The notes below the pieces were generated by a model. That model saw only the letters and a program-made list of their open reading frames with translations. It made no database searches and had not been told where the DNA came from. Shown here piece by piece: positions 27,481 to 40,000 of a stretch of DNA of 64,000 nt (positions within the stretch are counted from its first letter, which is position 1; every line of letters starts with the position of its first letter). Both the position numbers and the translations under genes were made by a program. The stretch comes from Amoebophrya sp. A120. Its lineage: Eukaryota > Protista > Dinoflagellata. The stretch lies in contig CAJINV010000008.1 of NCBI GenBank assembly GCA_905178155.1, forward strand, positions 1,240,001 through 1,304,000. Direction: 5' to 3'.

Positions 27481-30400
27481 ATGTCGTGGTGGTCCCGGTC
27501 AATGATTTTTTGGTGTTTCTTTGTCTTTTCGTCTGTTTGGAAAAACAGCTCGTCGGATTTGGTATCCGCTTGTCGTCCGAATCCAGCGTTGGCCAGCATC
27601 CCGGCCTCGTGGGAAGATCAGAACGCCGAGGTTCCGTTCCGCACGCACGGGGTGGAGGGCACGTTCATCCTGCTCAACCACGGCGCTTCCTTCCTGCGGC
27701 TTCCCCCGCCCAGCGACAGTGGGGTCGCCCTCGCGCCGGAACTGCTGGAGAAGATCGGATATCCGGAGGAACACGGAGTGTGTTATGAAAGCCTCAGTAG
27801 AATGGAAGTTCTCAAAGTGGAAATAATTTGTGATGCATGAAATGCGACACCAAAAAGAGTGTATTGCAGAGGACGCAAAAATGGAGGCCGACTATTGTGC
27901 TTCTACGGGTTCAGAATTGGGCTGCTGATTAGCACGAAAGAAGGGCACACCTTTGCCCTAACTAGCATGACAGACATGTTTTGAGTGCCCGGGAAATTTG
28001 TCATGCGCCGATAAGAAATGGCGCTTCAACTGGAGTCGTTTTTTTGCATTACAAATTATTTCCACTTTGAGGATTTCCATTCTGAGGGTGTCATATGTGT
28101 CTCGCAATACCGGACGTTTTCACACGGGGCAACTTGATTCGCTTGCGGTCGAGTTTGACATCCTCCAGTACACTGCTGGAGCAGAAGCAGATGGAAATTG
28201 CCGGAGGTCCTCCGGTGCTCCAAGCTGATGAAAGCCTCAGTATCAAAATGAAGTAGGTGCAGAAAGAGCAGAAGCCATTTGCTGGCTCTCGCTATGATGT
28301 TCATGTTGGCCGTGTCCTTCTAAAACTAGCATGACTGAGTCCTCTCAGTCAACTATGTTTGCGAAGAGGTGGTCGTTTTATTTCGTACTTGTTCTTAATC
28401 ATCCACATCGGTTGCTATTACTTTACAAACCCAGGCGACGACCCAGTCGTCGGTGAGAACACCGCTTTCCTGCTGGCGCAGAAGGAGCAGGTCGAGAAGC
28501 TTTTGCCCCCGACGGGGCGATACTGCAACAGTTTGGTCACCGATGTGAAGTATTGGAACCCCGAGTTTTTGTCCAAGTTCGAGTTGTGGCAGCGGTGGCA
28601 GGATTTTTTTCAGAACCAGCAGAGCATTCTGCTGATCCTCGGCCCTACCGCCCCCTCTGAGGCGCGCTTGCAGACCGTCTTGCCGCGGAAGGATGCACCC
28701 TTCACGGTCGCGCATTACGTATCCTGTGCAAAAGTATCGCACTAGTATAAATCGCAATACAAATTAGCTCAGCAATACAATATTGAATTTGTAATGCTGA
28801 TTTGCCTTAACAACTAGATTTGTAATGCGTAACTGCAATTAGTACGAGTACGATACTTTTGCAATGCATATTACGTCAACGGGCGCAACCTGGACGAGAT
28901 CCCGGAAGTGGTCGAGGTGGTGCAGATATCAAATGCAAAAATGTCTGGGTCTGGAAGAATGCGGGATTTGTCATGCAGCTTTCCCATGACCTATGAGGTC
29001 TGGAATGCAGGACCTAGCATGACAGATTCTGTGCGATATCTCTCATGCCTATCCTGCATGAGAAACTCCCTCCCGACTTGGTCAAAACTGGACGACCTTT
29101 GGTAATCTCGCAACACAGTTTTTTGCATGCTTCAGATTTAGCATGGGGCGTTAGGCCTCGCTTCAGAGGGGCGTTAGGCCTCGCTGCCGGTGCTGTCGGT
29201 AGCGGATGTCCGCGTCCCTTAGGTGGGTGCTGTCCGGAGTTTGTTTATATCAGCGCTTAGGTGGGTGCTGTGGTGGTTTTCAGCGGGCCGCACCCAAGGA
29301 CTCCATCCACTCGCCCCGCGCAACACAATAGACGTTTTTGGCTGCAGACATGATAAAAGTCCACCTATTTCAAGGGGCCGCACCCCGTTTTTTTATGCTC
29401 GGCCCGTTCCTTGCACACAGTGCGCAGCACCAGGCGGGACCATAGGTGAGCTTCTATCTCTGGCGACATTCATGTGGACATATTAAAGCAACATGATGAC
29501 AACTAAGCTTTCTTTTACAGTTACCGCTGCGCTTTGCAACTACAGCAATCGAGGTAGTGCTGACCTGTTTTTTTTACAAATGAAGCGAAAAGGTCTGACA
29601 TTTCAAAAAAATAAGTAGTTTCATCTTCTCGTCGCCGACATAAGTAATTTGAGGTGCCGCACACCTCTATCTCTAGTCTCTTGTTGATTAGTTATATAGA
29701 CTATAGACTAATACGAACTTGACTCAAAGGCTGTAGAGGAAAGTTCTGAGACCCTTAAACAGCATTAGAAATTGCGGCTCAACCTGGAGCAAACCTGGGG
29801 CAAACCCCTAGGGCTTTTCGAAGTGGTCTTCTTTCCTATTTGCGAATACGCACGGCAGTCGGCCCAAAAGATGGAGGCCGAGCCGTAGGGGACGAGCAAA
29901 AACCACAAAAAGCGCGACACTTTGGAAGTGCTGAACCTGCATGCTATTACGACAAAAGCTGGGACCTTTCTGGGGGTCGGGCTCTAGGGCTTTTCAGATG
30001 TTCGCACACTTTTTTTTCTAAAATGCGCGCTACTGTGAAAATATTTGCGACAAATTCTACGGCTTGGGCTGTAGCGGTTCGGCACGATGAACGACAAAGA
30101 AACCCCTAGGCGCTACAAAAATACCCCGAGCCCTAGACGCAGTGACGCCCCTGCCCCCTCGCTCAGAAGAGAACCGCTTGCCCCCTTCAATATGAAAGTG
30201 CCCCTCGCCCCCCGTGCGGTGCGCCCTGCTCCTGGTGGAACCTCTTGCCCCTGCGTGTTGGCGCCTGCCCCTTAGCCCTGGCAGTATTTCTTACTTACCC
30301 TTTGCGTTAGGTCTTGCCCCCCGCGGTGCATCTTGTCCCCCGCAGTACATCTTGCCTCTCGCAGTACATCTTGCCCCTCGCAGTACATCTTGCCCCTCGC

Positions 30401-33400
30401 AGTGCATCTTGCCCCTCGCAGTACATCTTGCCCCTCGCAATGCACCTTGCCCCTCGCAGTACATCTTGCCCCTCGCAGTGCATCTTGCCCCTCGCAGTGC
30501 ATCTTGCCCCTCGCAGTACATCTTGCCCCCGCGCATACGCCTCGCCCCTGGTAGGACTGCTTGCTGCTTGTCGTGCTAGCGCCCCTTTTCCATCGCAATG
30601 CGTTAGACCTCGCCTCGGCAGGCACATTGCGTTTTCTTTGGGCCGGTCGTTTGTTTCATCCTTTCAAGCAACCGACCGCATGTGGACCAGGGACGGAGCG
30701 CATGAAAGTCTCCCGGGCTCCATCCTCGAGGACTTCTATGCACTAAATATCTACGGACGCTGCAAAATCTACAAGCCTTTGAGTCAGCTCGCCCATGTTT
30801 CTATAGTCCCTCAATTATGAAGAAGTTGCCGCGCCGTTGTGCCAACACGGCGGCGCGAGTGCAGCATACTTTTTACTCGTTCGGTCGCGCATGTGTGGTG
30901 CAGCCCGCTCAGAGTTTTTTGTTTTTCATGCGACTCTGCAGCACTCACGCATAAATTTTTGCATGTTCCAAGTCTGACGACTTTCATGGGCTCACGCACA
31001 TCCGGGATCGGGGGGGTAGGAGGGTGTCTTCAAGCCAAAAAAAAATCCCTTTAGAAGTATAGCGGGAGGCGAAGGACCAGATTTAGCATGACAAGTTGCA
31101 TTCTTCCAGACCCAGACACTTTTACATTTGATAGCAGAACTTCGTCCAGCAGGAGGCTCAGGTAGAAACGGGCAGGCAGCTGTCGTTGATTCTGCTTCTG
31201 GGCACGAGCACGGAGTACGCCACGTCGCTCGGACTGCAGCTCCACTGCATTGCCCCGGTTGTCGACGCGCAGGAACTCCGCATCCTGCCCGAGGACCTGC
31301 AACTGCCCGCAGAACAAACGACTCCCGGCACCGCAGCTGCTCGTAGTACTGGAACAAGCTTGAACTCCACGAGCTCGTCGCTCACGTGGAGATTGCTAAC
31401 ACGGAAGTATCAAGAGGAACCCGAAGGCAGCGGTAACCAGCGCGATGACCTCTCCCGCCCGGAAAACCGTGCGAGTGCAGAGTTCGTTATGAATACAGGA
31501 GCGACGAGTAGCGACCGTGAAAGCCCTTCAGGACCTCCCGGCTTAAAAACTTCGCCAAGCGCTGCAGCAGAAGCAGTTCCTCAGCACACAGACGACGCAA
31601 TTACGACAGAGCTGCGGCCGTGGCTCCTTGGTCGATCTGACCTCCCGCCGCGAAGTATCAAAGTGAAAAAAGCCCCCACCCCATATCGGAAACGGAAGAT
31701 GCGCGAATTTGTGATGCTGTGTTTGAGTACACAAATCGACTTGCATTGGTAGAAGTCCAAGAGACGAAGCTGCGGCCTAAATTGCAGGGAATGTGTCATG
31801 CTGTTTCCCACTTCCAGTTGCCTCCTGTCATCCTGGAGCTGGAAGGCTTTCCCACGCTAGGCAGCACTACAGTTCGCATCCTTTGCCTTGTAGCATCACA
31901 AAGCTGATTTGTGACAACAAATCTGCATCACAGATTTCCGTTTTGATATGGGGAGGGGGCATGTCTCATTGTAATACGAAGAGTTGACCTGAACGGACCG
32001 GATTGGGAATTTTTCGTAGCGCCGACGGCCGTCGGTGGGGGCCCACTTGCAGATATTGGCGAAAATATCGAAAACCCGATGATGTCACCCGTATACGTGG
32101 GTAACATCACGGTGCCTTTCGCCCCCCAATCCGTCTTGAGTGGATTGCAAATGAAGATCTCCAGTACGGAGAGGGTGTTCTACAAGAAATCCGGGATCAA
32201 ATTGATCGGAAAAGAAGAAACAGCATCTGTAGCTGCATCAATATCTGACGACCCAACGGCAGCCGGGAATACTAGCGAGGCACTTCTGGAAAATTTCGAG
32301 TACCTGCTGACCATAGACGCCTGTGACTGGAGTTGCGATGTTTTTTTGAACGGTGAGCCGCTTGTCGCCCATCAAGGAGGGTACGACCGATTTCAGGTAA
32401 AGATTCCGGAAAAGTGGATTTTGCCTTCCTCGCAAAGCCAGTCCACTAGCTCCTTCGAGCTGCTGATTACAAGTTGGGATCCAACCGATAAGGGATGCGA
32501 GTTCGTGCAGTCTCCCCCGGTTCCCTGCATTAAGTGCTGCGCGGTGGCAACTCAGCCACGCGGGAAGCAGGTACTACATCAAATCACACTTTGCACTAAT
32601 AAAAAAAAGGAAGATCCAAACAAACCAAACGCATATAGTTAGACGCAAAGGAGGACTCTTAAAGGATCTGCGAAGAGTGATCGTGAAGTCAAGGCTCGAA
32701 GAGTTGTTCATGGCTTCGCTTCTCTCGCATAATTCCGAAAAAATCGCCATTTACGATTACGTATACTCACACTATCCACCACGACCAGGCGCTCGAACCT
32801 GGCTTCATCATGTATAGTCCGGTGACTGGGCTCTGGCGGGACGGCATCTGGGCGGAGTTGGTGCCGAAGTGCCGACTGCAAGTATCCAGGAAAAAACACC
32901 CATCCCCATCCAATTTGTATTTGTCATGCAAAACATGCATAAAATCTACTATTTGTCATGCAAAAAATGGATGGGGATGGGTGTTTTTTCCTGGATAGCA
33001 AGACTGGTCTTGGCATTACGACGCGTACGAGAAGAAGCTCACACTGTTTGGGTTCGAGCTGACCGAATCCTGTCACAAGATGGCGGCGGAGGACGTTTCG
33101 AGATTGAGTCTGAGGGCAGACCTCACATCGTTGACAAGAACCACAACTGGAAGCCCGTTGGGAGCCGCATCTTCTACTTCGCCGACAATCCTCACCTCCA
33201 CCATCCGACTTGCTCGGCATCCCCGCCAGGATCTCGCAGTCGATTTCAGCTTTCAGCAAAACAAAATTGTCTTGGACATAGCCACCAAAGTCGACTCCTT
33301 TCCAGAGTGGAGCGTCGCGTCGCCGAACTTGCACAACCTGACACTGACGGTTTCGTTGACATCCACAACTGGAGTACTAGAGGCCCAGCGCCAGCAGCAG

Positions 33401-34926
33401 GATATGGATAGCCAGTCCTACAAGGTTGGGTTACGACAAATCGAGATTCAGAAGAACCAGTTGTACCTGAATGGGGAGCTGCTGTTCATTCACGGAGTGC
33501 TCCACCAGGGCTACTGGCCGGAGTCTTTACTGACGTCCCCGTCGACGGAGGCGACCTACCAGGAGGTGCGGGCCATGAAGGAGGCGGGGTTCAATCTGGT
33601 GCGCGTCCACATGATCGTCTTCAATCAGGCCTTCTACGCCGCCTGCGACTACTATGGGTTGTTGGTCATGCAGGACATGCCCTCCGGCGATGGCCGCGTG
33701 ATTCCGGCCTGGGACCTGCACCGGCGGAACTCCCAGCCCGATATGGACAACAACGCCGGGTTTGACGAAATTGTCCGCAGCCCGGAGTCGTACCAGAATT
33801 TCTTGACGGAGCTGAAGCAGATGATTCTCAGCCTGAAAAAGTTCTCCTCGGTCATCATCTGGACGCTGTTCAACGAGGGCTGGGGCCAGGCCAACACGGC
33901 GGAGACCGTGCAAGCGGCGCGCTTCTGGGACCCCACGCGGCTCGTGGACGCGGTTTCGGGCTGGAACGACCCGCTGCTGTTCGGGGAACCGCACTACGCA
34001 TTGCAAATATGTCTGGGTCTGGGAGTATGCGAACTTGTGATGCATGTTGCGGACGATCATCCAAAAATCTGTGTTGCGTGACTTGCAAAAGGTGCCCACT
34101 TCTGGCCATGCTGAGAGGGCATTTCTCATGCAGAAGAGGCATCACCAAGGGGCTGCAGATCCTGCGATGCTGGGCCCTGCATTCCAGACTTGGCGGAGTT
34201 TGGAAAAACTCCATGACGAATGTCGCAATCTTCCAGACCCAGACACATTTGCGATCCATACGCACCCAGTGATCCAGTTCGAAGAGTACAAGGAGTCGCA
34301 GGAGCGCACGCAGTTCAATTTCGACATCGGCGACTTCTTCGACGTGCACAACTATGAGGGCAGCCCCTTCCAGAACCTGTCCAAAACCTTCGACGTCTAC
34401 CCGTTTCCGCTGGCAAACCGGGTGATTCTGGTGGGCGAGTACGGGGGTATCGGGTTATCCAGGAAAAAACACCCATCCCCATCCAATTTGTCATGCAAAA
34501 CATGCATAGTTTGCGAATATTTGTCATGCAAGAAATGAATCGGGATGGGTGTTTTTTTCTGGATACGGGTACAGCAAGGGGGAGAAGCACGACTACGACC
34601 CCGATGCCAGCTGGGGCTACGGGAACGTGCGCCACAGCGCCGCCGGCTTTTTCGAGGCGGTGGAAGCGGTGTTGGACCGCCTCAAAATACTTGCTTGTCG
34701 CGAAGAGTACAACGTCGTCGGGGGCGTGTATACGCAGTGGACGGACGTGGAAACGGAGATCAATGGCCTAGTGACGTACGACCGCGTACCGAAACTCTCG
34801 CTACGACGGGAAATGAAACTCCTGTCTGACAAACTCCTCCGCGCGTATTATGACTGTAAGAAGCCCAGGTGGTCTTTTGCTGACAAAAGAAAACGCGAGC
34901 AAGAAAAATTAGAAATGTACGAATAA
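27481..34926 (+). CDS. Glycoside hydrolase family 2 (beta-galactosidase/glucuronidase-like) with signal peptide and N-terminal extension; 7 introners and 2 GT-AG introns
   Basis: Reconstructed motifs DLNGPDWEF, HQGGY, QPRGKQ, GVLHQGYWP, GFNLVRVH, WTLFNEGWGQ, DPTRLVDAVSGW, GEYGGIG, SWGYG and YTQWTDVETEINGLVTYDR; canonical introns 28240-28434 and 32571-32788. Confidence 0.85.
27784..28095. mobile_element. Introner, TSD TGTGT
   Basis: About 50-bp TIR including ctcaaagtggaaataatttgt(g/a)atgca; removal opens an exon at 28101-28239. Confidence 0.9.
28720..28870. mobile_element. Introner family C, TSD TTACG
   Basis: TIR tgcaaaagtatcg; removal gives AHYV|NGRNL. Confidence 0.9.
29146..31077. mobile_element. 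Non-coding nested insertion with 13-bp TSD CAGATTTAGCATG
   Basis: CAGATTTAGCATG occurs at 29133-29145 and 31078-31090 but only once in the empty 11685 copy; no clear TIR or long ORF. Confidence 0.85.
30312..30534. repeat. 19-bp minisatellite (CAGTRCATCTTGCCCCTCG), about 11-12 copies
   Basis: Contiguous near-identical units without spacers. Confidence 0.95.
31656..31976. mobile_element. Introner, TSD CGAAG
   Basis: TIR ...gccccc.ccccatatc..aaacggaa; removal restores PRR|VDLNGPDWEF. Confidence 0.9.
32883..32997. mobile_element. Introner family B, TSD GCAAG
   Basis: Perfect 30-bp TIR tatccaggaaaaaacacccatccccatcca. Confidence 0.97.
33995..34260 (-). mobile_element. Introner family A (reverse orientation), TSD CGCAC
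   Basis: TIR with tgtctgggtctgg; interior gctgggccctgcattccagac and tttctcatgcagaagaggcat are reverse complements of family A interior motifs. Confidence 0.92.
34456..34565. mobile_element. Introner family B, TSD CGGGT
   Basis: TIR tatccag.aaaaaacacccatccc; removal gives GEYGGIG|YSKG. Confidence 0.95.
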
Positions 34927-35550
34927 GTAATTTTTAGAATAACCGCTCATGATCTAGCAATAAAAAAGAAATCGCACTTGATTGTCGTCGTGCCACGTGG
35001 CCGCCGATCGCAAATCCCTGACGATCGGTCAGTGGTCATCACTGCACCTTTTCTTGTGGTTCTTCGCGGTGTTTCTGCACACTGCTGACCGACCTTGGTT
35101 TCGTCATGATCATCGCTATAGTAAATCTATAGTACATCTTCAACATGTCTTCATGATAAGATATCGCTGCGATATCATGAAGACAAGGCGCAGCGATCGG
35201 TGGCGCGCACCTGCTAGTGCGTCGATCTTTGCCTTGTCATCAAGTGAAGACACTCCTGAAGAATTTAGTTGCTGCTACAGCAGATGAACAAGATGCCTAT
35301 CCTCGTCAGCGTCACCTTCATAAATGTCCTGAGTAGCAGCTTGAGGCTCGATAGCACAAGAAGTGCCACGTGTCCTACTTTGCTCATACATCTGTGATGT
35401 AAGTACATTCCAATAGATTTCCTATCAAGCGCAGTCATTTTCTACTCTTCTCTGTCAACATCGTTGGACGCATTGAATTTTGAGCATCATCATCTGTGTT
35501 AGTCTACTGACTACGTGACGTGGTCAGGCTGATCTAACTAGAAGAAAAAC

Positions 35551-36399
35551 ATGCACACCAGTGTTTCATTTGAGGGGGAACTGCGCAAAACAGGCGGAAT
35601 TTACAAAACTCGACAGTATGTGAATTTGCGAAGTACCCTGCCACCGAAGTTGTTTCTGGCTTCGTTTTGTGTCAACCTGATATTGCACGGTGTTTTCTTT
35701 TTCTCGTGCCTAGTGCCGCTCAATCAGGACGTTGATAACGGAAATACCGCAGAAGACACTCAAGAAGAGGCAAACATATTGGCGATCGATAGCACCAACG
35801 CCCATCAGGAAAACAGGACGAAAAACGCCAACACCTTGCCACACACCGTGGCGGTGACTTCGCTCTTAATTTTGAGTTCAGTGCTCGCCGGGTGGTCGAT
35901 TGTGCGCAAATTTCACGTGGATTACGCCCGATACGCGGGCATTTCCAGCGGGTTTCTTGCGATCATTCTGTTCATCACCTGGGTCGAGCTGGCGTCCGTG
36001 CAGAATCTGCGCTCCTTGTACAGAGTGGTGCTGCTGCTTTACAGGTGGATGCAGGATAGCTTTGCTGGAATTCTCCGAGAGGAAAAATCAAAAACTGGAG
36101 CTCCTGCCCTCGATACTACTGCAGCCAGAATCGAAGGGCAAGAATACGAACAGTACCACAAAACTGAGGATGAAATATTGTTGCAGAATAGTGCAGCCTA
36201 TGACTGGCCTCAGCGAATAGACTCAGCGAAGTCCTCACCTGCCAGGACCACGCACCTGCTGGTGGGGTACAAGATGTGGATGTATCTCTTGGTGGCAGGC
36301 TGCAATTTTTGGGCGGGCTACGCAGGAACGTTGGTCTACAGGTCCCACAGAAACTACGTGTTGCAGTGCTTCATCCAGGAGAATTCAAAGTTCAGTTGA
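35551..36399 (+). CDS. Hypothetical multi-pass membrane protein
   Basis: 282-aa ORF with about 4 hydrophobic segments. Confidence 0.65.
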   Translation: MHTSVSFEGELRKTGGIYKTRQYVNLRSTLPPKLFLASFCVNLILHGVFFFSCLVPLNQDVDNGNTAEDTQEEANILAIDSTNAHQENRTKNANTLPHTVAVTSLLILSSVLAGWSIVRKFHVDYARYAGISSGFLAIILFITWVELASVQNLRSLYRVVLLLYRWMQDSFAGILREEKSKTGAPALDTTAARIEGQEYEQYHKTEDEILLQNSAAYDWPQRIDSAKSSPARTTHLLVGYKMWMYLLVAGCNFWAGYAGTLVYRSHRNYVLQCFIQENSKFS

Positions 36400-37084
36400 A
36401 AACGAAAAGGAAACTGAATGCACCGATTCAATCGAAGATTCTCATCCTGCATGAAGGAGAAAGGTGCTACGTGGTAGTACACATGATTTTGCGTTCTGCT
36501 TTTGTGCTTCTACTTTCACGCTTTTTTTCGTTGCGTCACTGTTGTCTTCGTGATAGCAAAGAAGTGAGTTTCAAATCATCCCACTTGCGGCATGGCTGCT
36601 TTCTTCTTTCCCGAAATGCGGAAGATCAAGATAGTGTTTGCGTAGGACGAACAAGAAGAACGTGACGAGGGTGAGCGTGAGTGAGTTGTGAACTGCTATT
36701 GCAGAGCTATCCAATGAACTTCCTTCGAAATCAAAATGAAATTGAAAGTTTCTAGTATCACCGTATGAAGAGGATTTTGCGGAGGGCCGAGAGGTGTGGA
36801 GAAAGGGCTGATGAAAGCGAATAGTGTGTGCACCTCAGTTGTCCGTAATTCACCAAATAAAACAGCCTGACGTATTTCAATTGTTGCAGAAGTCCATCCT
36901 CTTTCTTCGAATTCTGCCTGCGCAATGACCTGTTGAGAGTGATATTAACAACTCCACATTGCCGCTTTCTTTGCCGTGGTAGAGGTAGTTAATAATATTC
37001 TGTTGCTCACTTGTCTTTTTCGTCTCGTCATTTTTCTTTTATCGGTTTTCAACCGAGCAGACAAACCGGCAAACTTCAGCAATC

Positions 37085-40000
37085 ATGGCGGCCAAGGACA
37101 ACATGATTCTTTTCGAGCTGCGGCTCGAGGAGCTGCTGAAGAGCTACACCTTCGATATGACCGTGCGGGACCAGATGGAAATGGGCCAGCGGAAGATCTT
37201 TGCCGAGGCCGAAACTGTAACAAACGCAAAAGTTGTGTTGCACGACCGTCTGCAAAACAGTTTTGCCAAAACTCAGCCTTGCATGAAATTAAAACGTACA
37301 TAGTTAGAAGTACTTTAGCGTCTTCAGGCGGCGCATCAGGATCTTCTCACTCAGATTACCATGTTGGTACAGAGAGTCCTCGTCCGGCACGGACAAGCTC
37401 ACTTCTCGACACGTGGGCACTACTTTGCGATTTGATCACGTTTGTGGAGTAGCCTGCTAGACAAAAGCGATCTCGAAGCGGAGACTTTGCTTTCCATTGC
37501 GGAAATCGACCCAAAGGCGCATGCCGCGTCTGGTACAGCAGTGCCAGTGGATGTTGAGTCGAGACCTGCGTCCAGCACTGTAATTTCGGAGCACCAGCGC
37601 CGCCTGTTCTTTCCGCGCCCATCCGACATGAAGTTCTACGCGAAGGCGCTTCGGAAAAAGACTGGTAATTCATACATAGAATGGTACTAGTAAATCATGG
37701 CGCTTTATTTTGCTTGGTAGTCAGATTTCACGATCGCTGTCGCCGCTTATATGCGCATGATTCTGGAAATTTCTCAAAAAAAATAAAAAACCGAGCGAAA
37801 AACACCAAATACAGCTTCGGGCCAGCCCGCGCATGTCTGGCGGTTAAAGCTCCTCACCGTGTTTTATTCCATTCACCATGGAACCAAAGAATTGCTGCAA
37901 AGTTTTGTCGAGTCCCGCGGTCTTCTTCCGATCGTGGAATTTATGGGCTACACCAAGAACCGCCATGTCCAAAGCCAGGCCGTTGAAATTTTCCAGCACG
38001 CGCTGACGCTACCGACGTTTGCTAGCGTTGCGCTCGAGCTACAGCAAATCCAGACCTTGGAATTTTCCGAGCGAAAACAGAAGGGTGCGGAAGGAGACAC
38101 AGAGGGACGGGGGGATGAAAACGAACTTGAACCAATCACGCAGGCAAAAGGGCGCGGTGTTCTCCTGAACCATCCCTGGTGGCCCTTAGTGCAGGAGTTT
38201 CTGTTCTCTGGCCAACCAGAACACTCCAACTTCTTTCACCACATGCACGAAATGCTACTGGATACGCAGGATGTTTTCCCCCACTCGCGAGTCACCGCGT
38301 GCAAACTATTGGGTCTCGTGCTCCAGGTATAGCAGTTGTTCCATACTCCGAGTATGATACTCGAGCATGATCATTCTTGAATTTTTCCTCGAGACTGAAA
38401 TCCTCAACAAATAAAGGAGCAAGAAAAAACTATTGCAGGCATTCCTTCTTGTTTCTTTTTCTCTGTGCAAAAATCCCCAATAATGTCCCCCGGGGGAGAT
38501 GCCGGGTAACCAAGGTCCACTGGATTTCTCTTCATGCATTACGTTCGACACAAAGTAAAAAAGAGAAATGCCCAATCCAGGATATTTTGATCTCACCCGA
38601 GATCAACTTGCCCCGTCCGAGCCTAACGCAACTACCTACCCAGGAGTTGAGGACAGGGGATTTTAGCTTCTAGTTGTTGTGTCGGAACATTCTGAGAAAA
38701 GTCCCATAGGCCGCGACTTGCATCACATCCCTTTGGGGATCCTGTACTACTTTTCTCTCGAATTCTAAGCATTTTCTTTGTAAGATTGCGGCAATTGGCC
38801 ACCTGTATTTACCCTAGGTGGCAGGACACTCGGCCCCCAGATACCACCTGCACCCCTGCGGGCCGATCCCTTGGCTTTTTGTCTTCGAATAGTTACTGCG
38901 ACTGCGGCTTTTTGTTTGCATTCCTTTCGCTGCCACCTAGAGACCCATACCCCTGCTGTACCCCCCCGCCCGTTTTCGCACTGAAGAGCCCACCGGGCCT
39001 CTCGTGCTTGGTCGAACAAGAACACAACTACAAGGGCAGGCGTGGGGCCCCTCTTAACAGAACGAAACGGCACACCACTACCCGCAGTTTAAAACTAGAG
39101 GCCGAGGCTTTACGGGTTCCCGCGCTGTCTTTTGCATCTGGGCCCCTCGTGGTCACGTCTCCGCGCCACCCCTTGCCTCTTTCCGTAGTCGTGTATGTCG
39201 CTTCTTTGCTTGTCTGAGCCTCAGGACACCCTGCCACCTCTGCGCTCACGTAGTGAGTGCAAGCTGGCGCGCCGCCATGTGCATGCGACTGGAATAGTGT
39301 GGTGAAGTCTTAAACCCCCCCGCCTGCTCTGCGTATGAGTTTTGTTCATTTTCATTCTTTTTTATATAGAATAGAACGGGCCGCGCGTGCCAACACGCAC
39401 ATAGCTTAGTTGCCGCCCATGCCCCCGAGTTTTAAAGTTTTTAGCCTGTTGCCCCTCCTCACTTCCGAAAGTACCCAACGGAGAATCCCCTTCCCCTATA
39501 TTCTTCTGTGTTCTGTTCGATCGCCCCACAGGTGTTTTTCCGTGCCTGCGCCCGGTGTCTTCCCATCCGGTAGCCCCGAGGCTCTACCCCTGTGGCGCAT
39601 CGCCGCTTGGCCACGAATTACGATCAGCAACGGAAGGCAAAGATCGTAGCTCGTGGCCTATTTTTGGCTTCTCCTTTGGTTGTTTTCCTCTTCCCGACCC
39701 GACTGCTGTGCTGTTACTTATGTTATGTCGACACGACACGCGATCTCGCCCCCCGCCGATTTTGCATGATGGCGTCTGCAGTGGCAGACGAAGGCGCAGA
39801 AGTATTTTTTTTGCTGCCGCCTCACTCCGTTAAGCATTTGCCCGAGCGGGGCCGTGTTTCTCGGCGCCCAAAAAATCTTGTCGGGCCCTTCACTGACAAG
39901 GTTTTCGCACTGCGTAGCAAAAGATCAGCTGCAGGCGCGCGGGGCTTGTTTTCCCTTCATTTTGTTTTTCTTTTTCGGACCGCCAGATAGTTCCCCTTTA

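Larger units (their letters stand above)
28927..31133 (+). mobile_element. Introner family A carrying a nested 1.9-kb insertion, TSD GCAGA
   Basis: Both halves closely match the 11685 copy; removal gives VVQ|NFVQQ, in frame with ORF 31186. Confidence 0.92.

Noticed and set aside
29146-30000. Telomere-like TTAGG motifs in the nested insertion
   Set aside because: Only scattered single copies occur, with no tandem TTTAGGG array.
30312-30534. CRISPR-like array or repetitive proteins on both strands
   Set aside because: The 19-bp units are contiguous with no unique spacers. The ORFs are by-products of a stop-free minisatellite.
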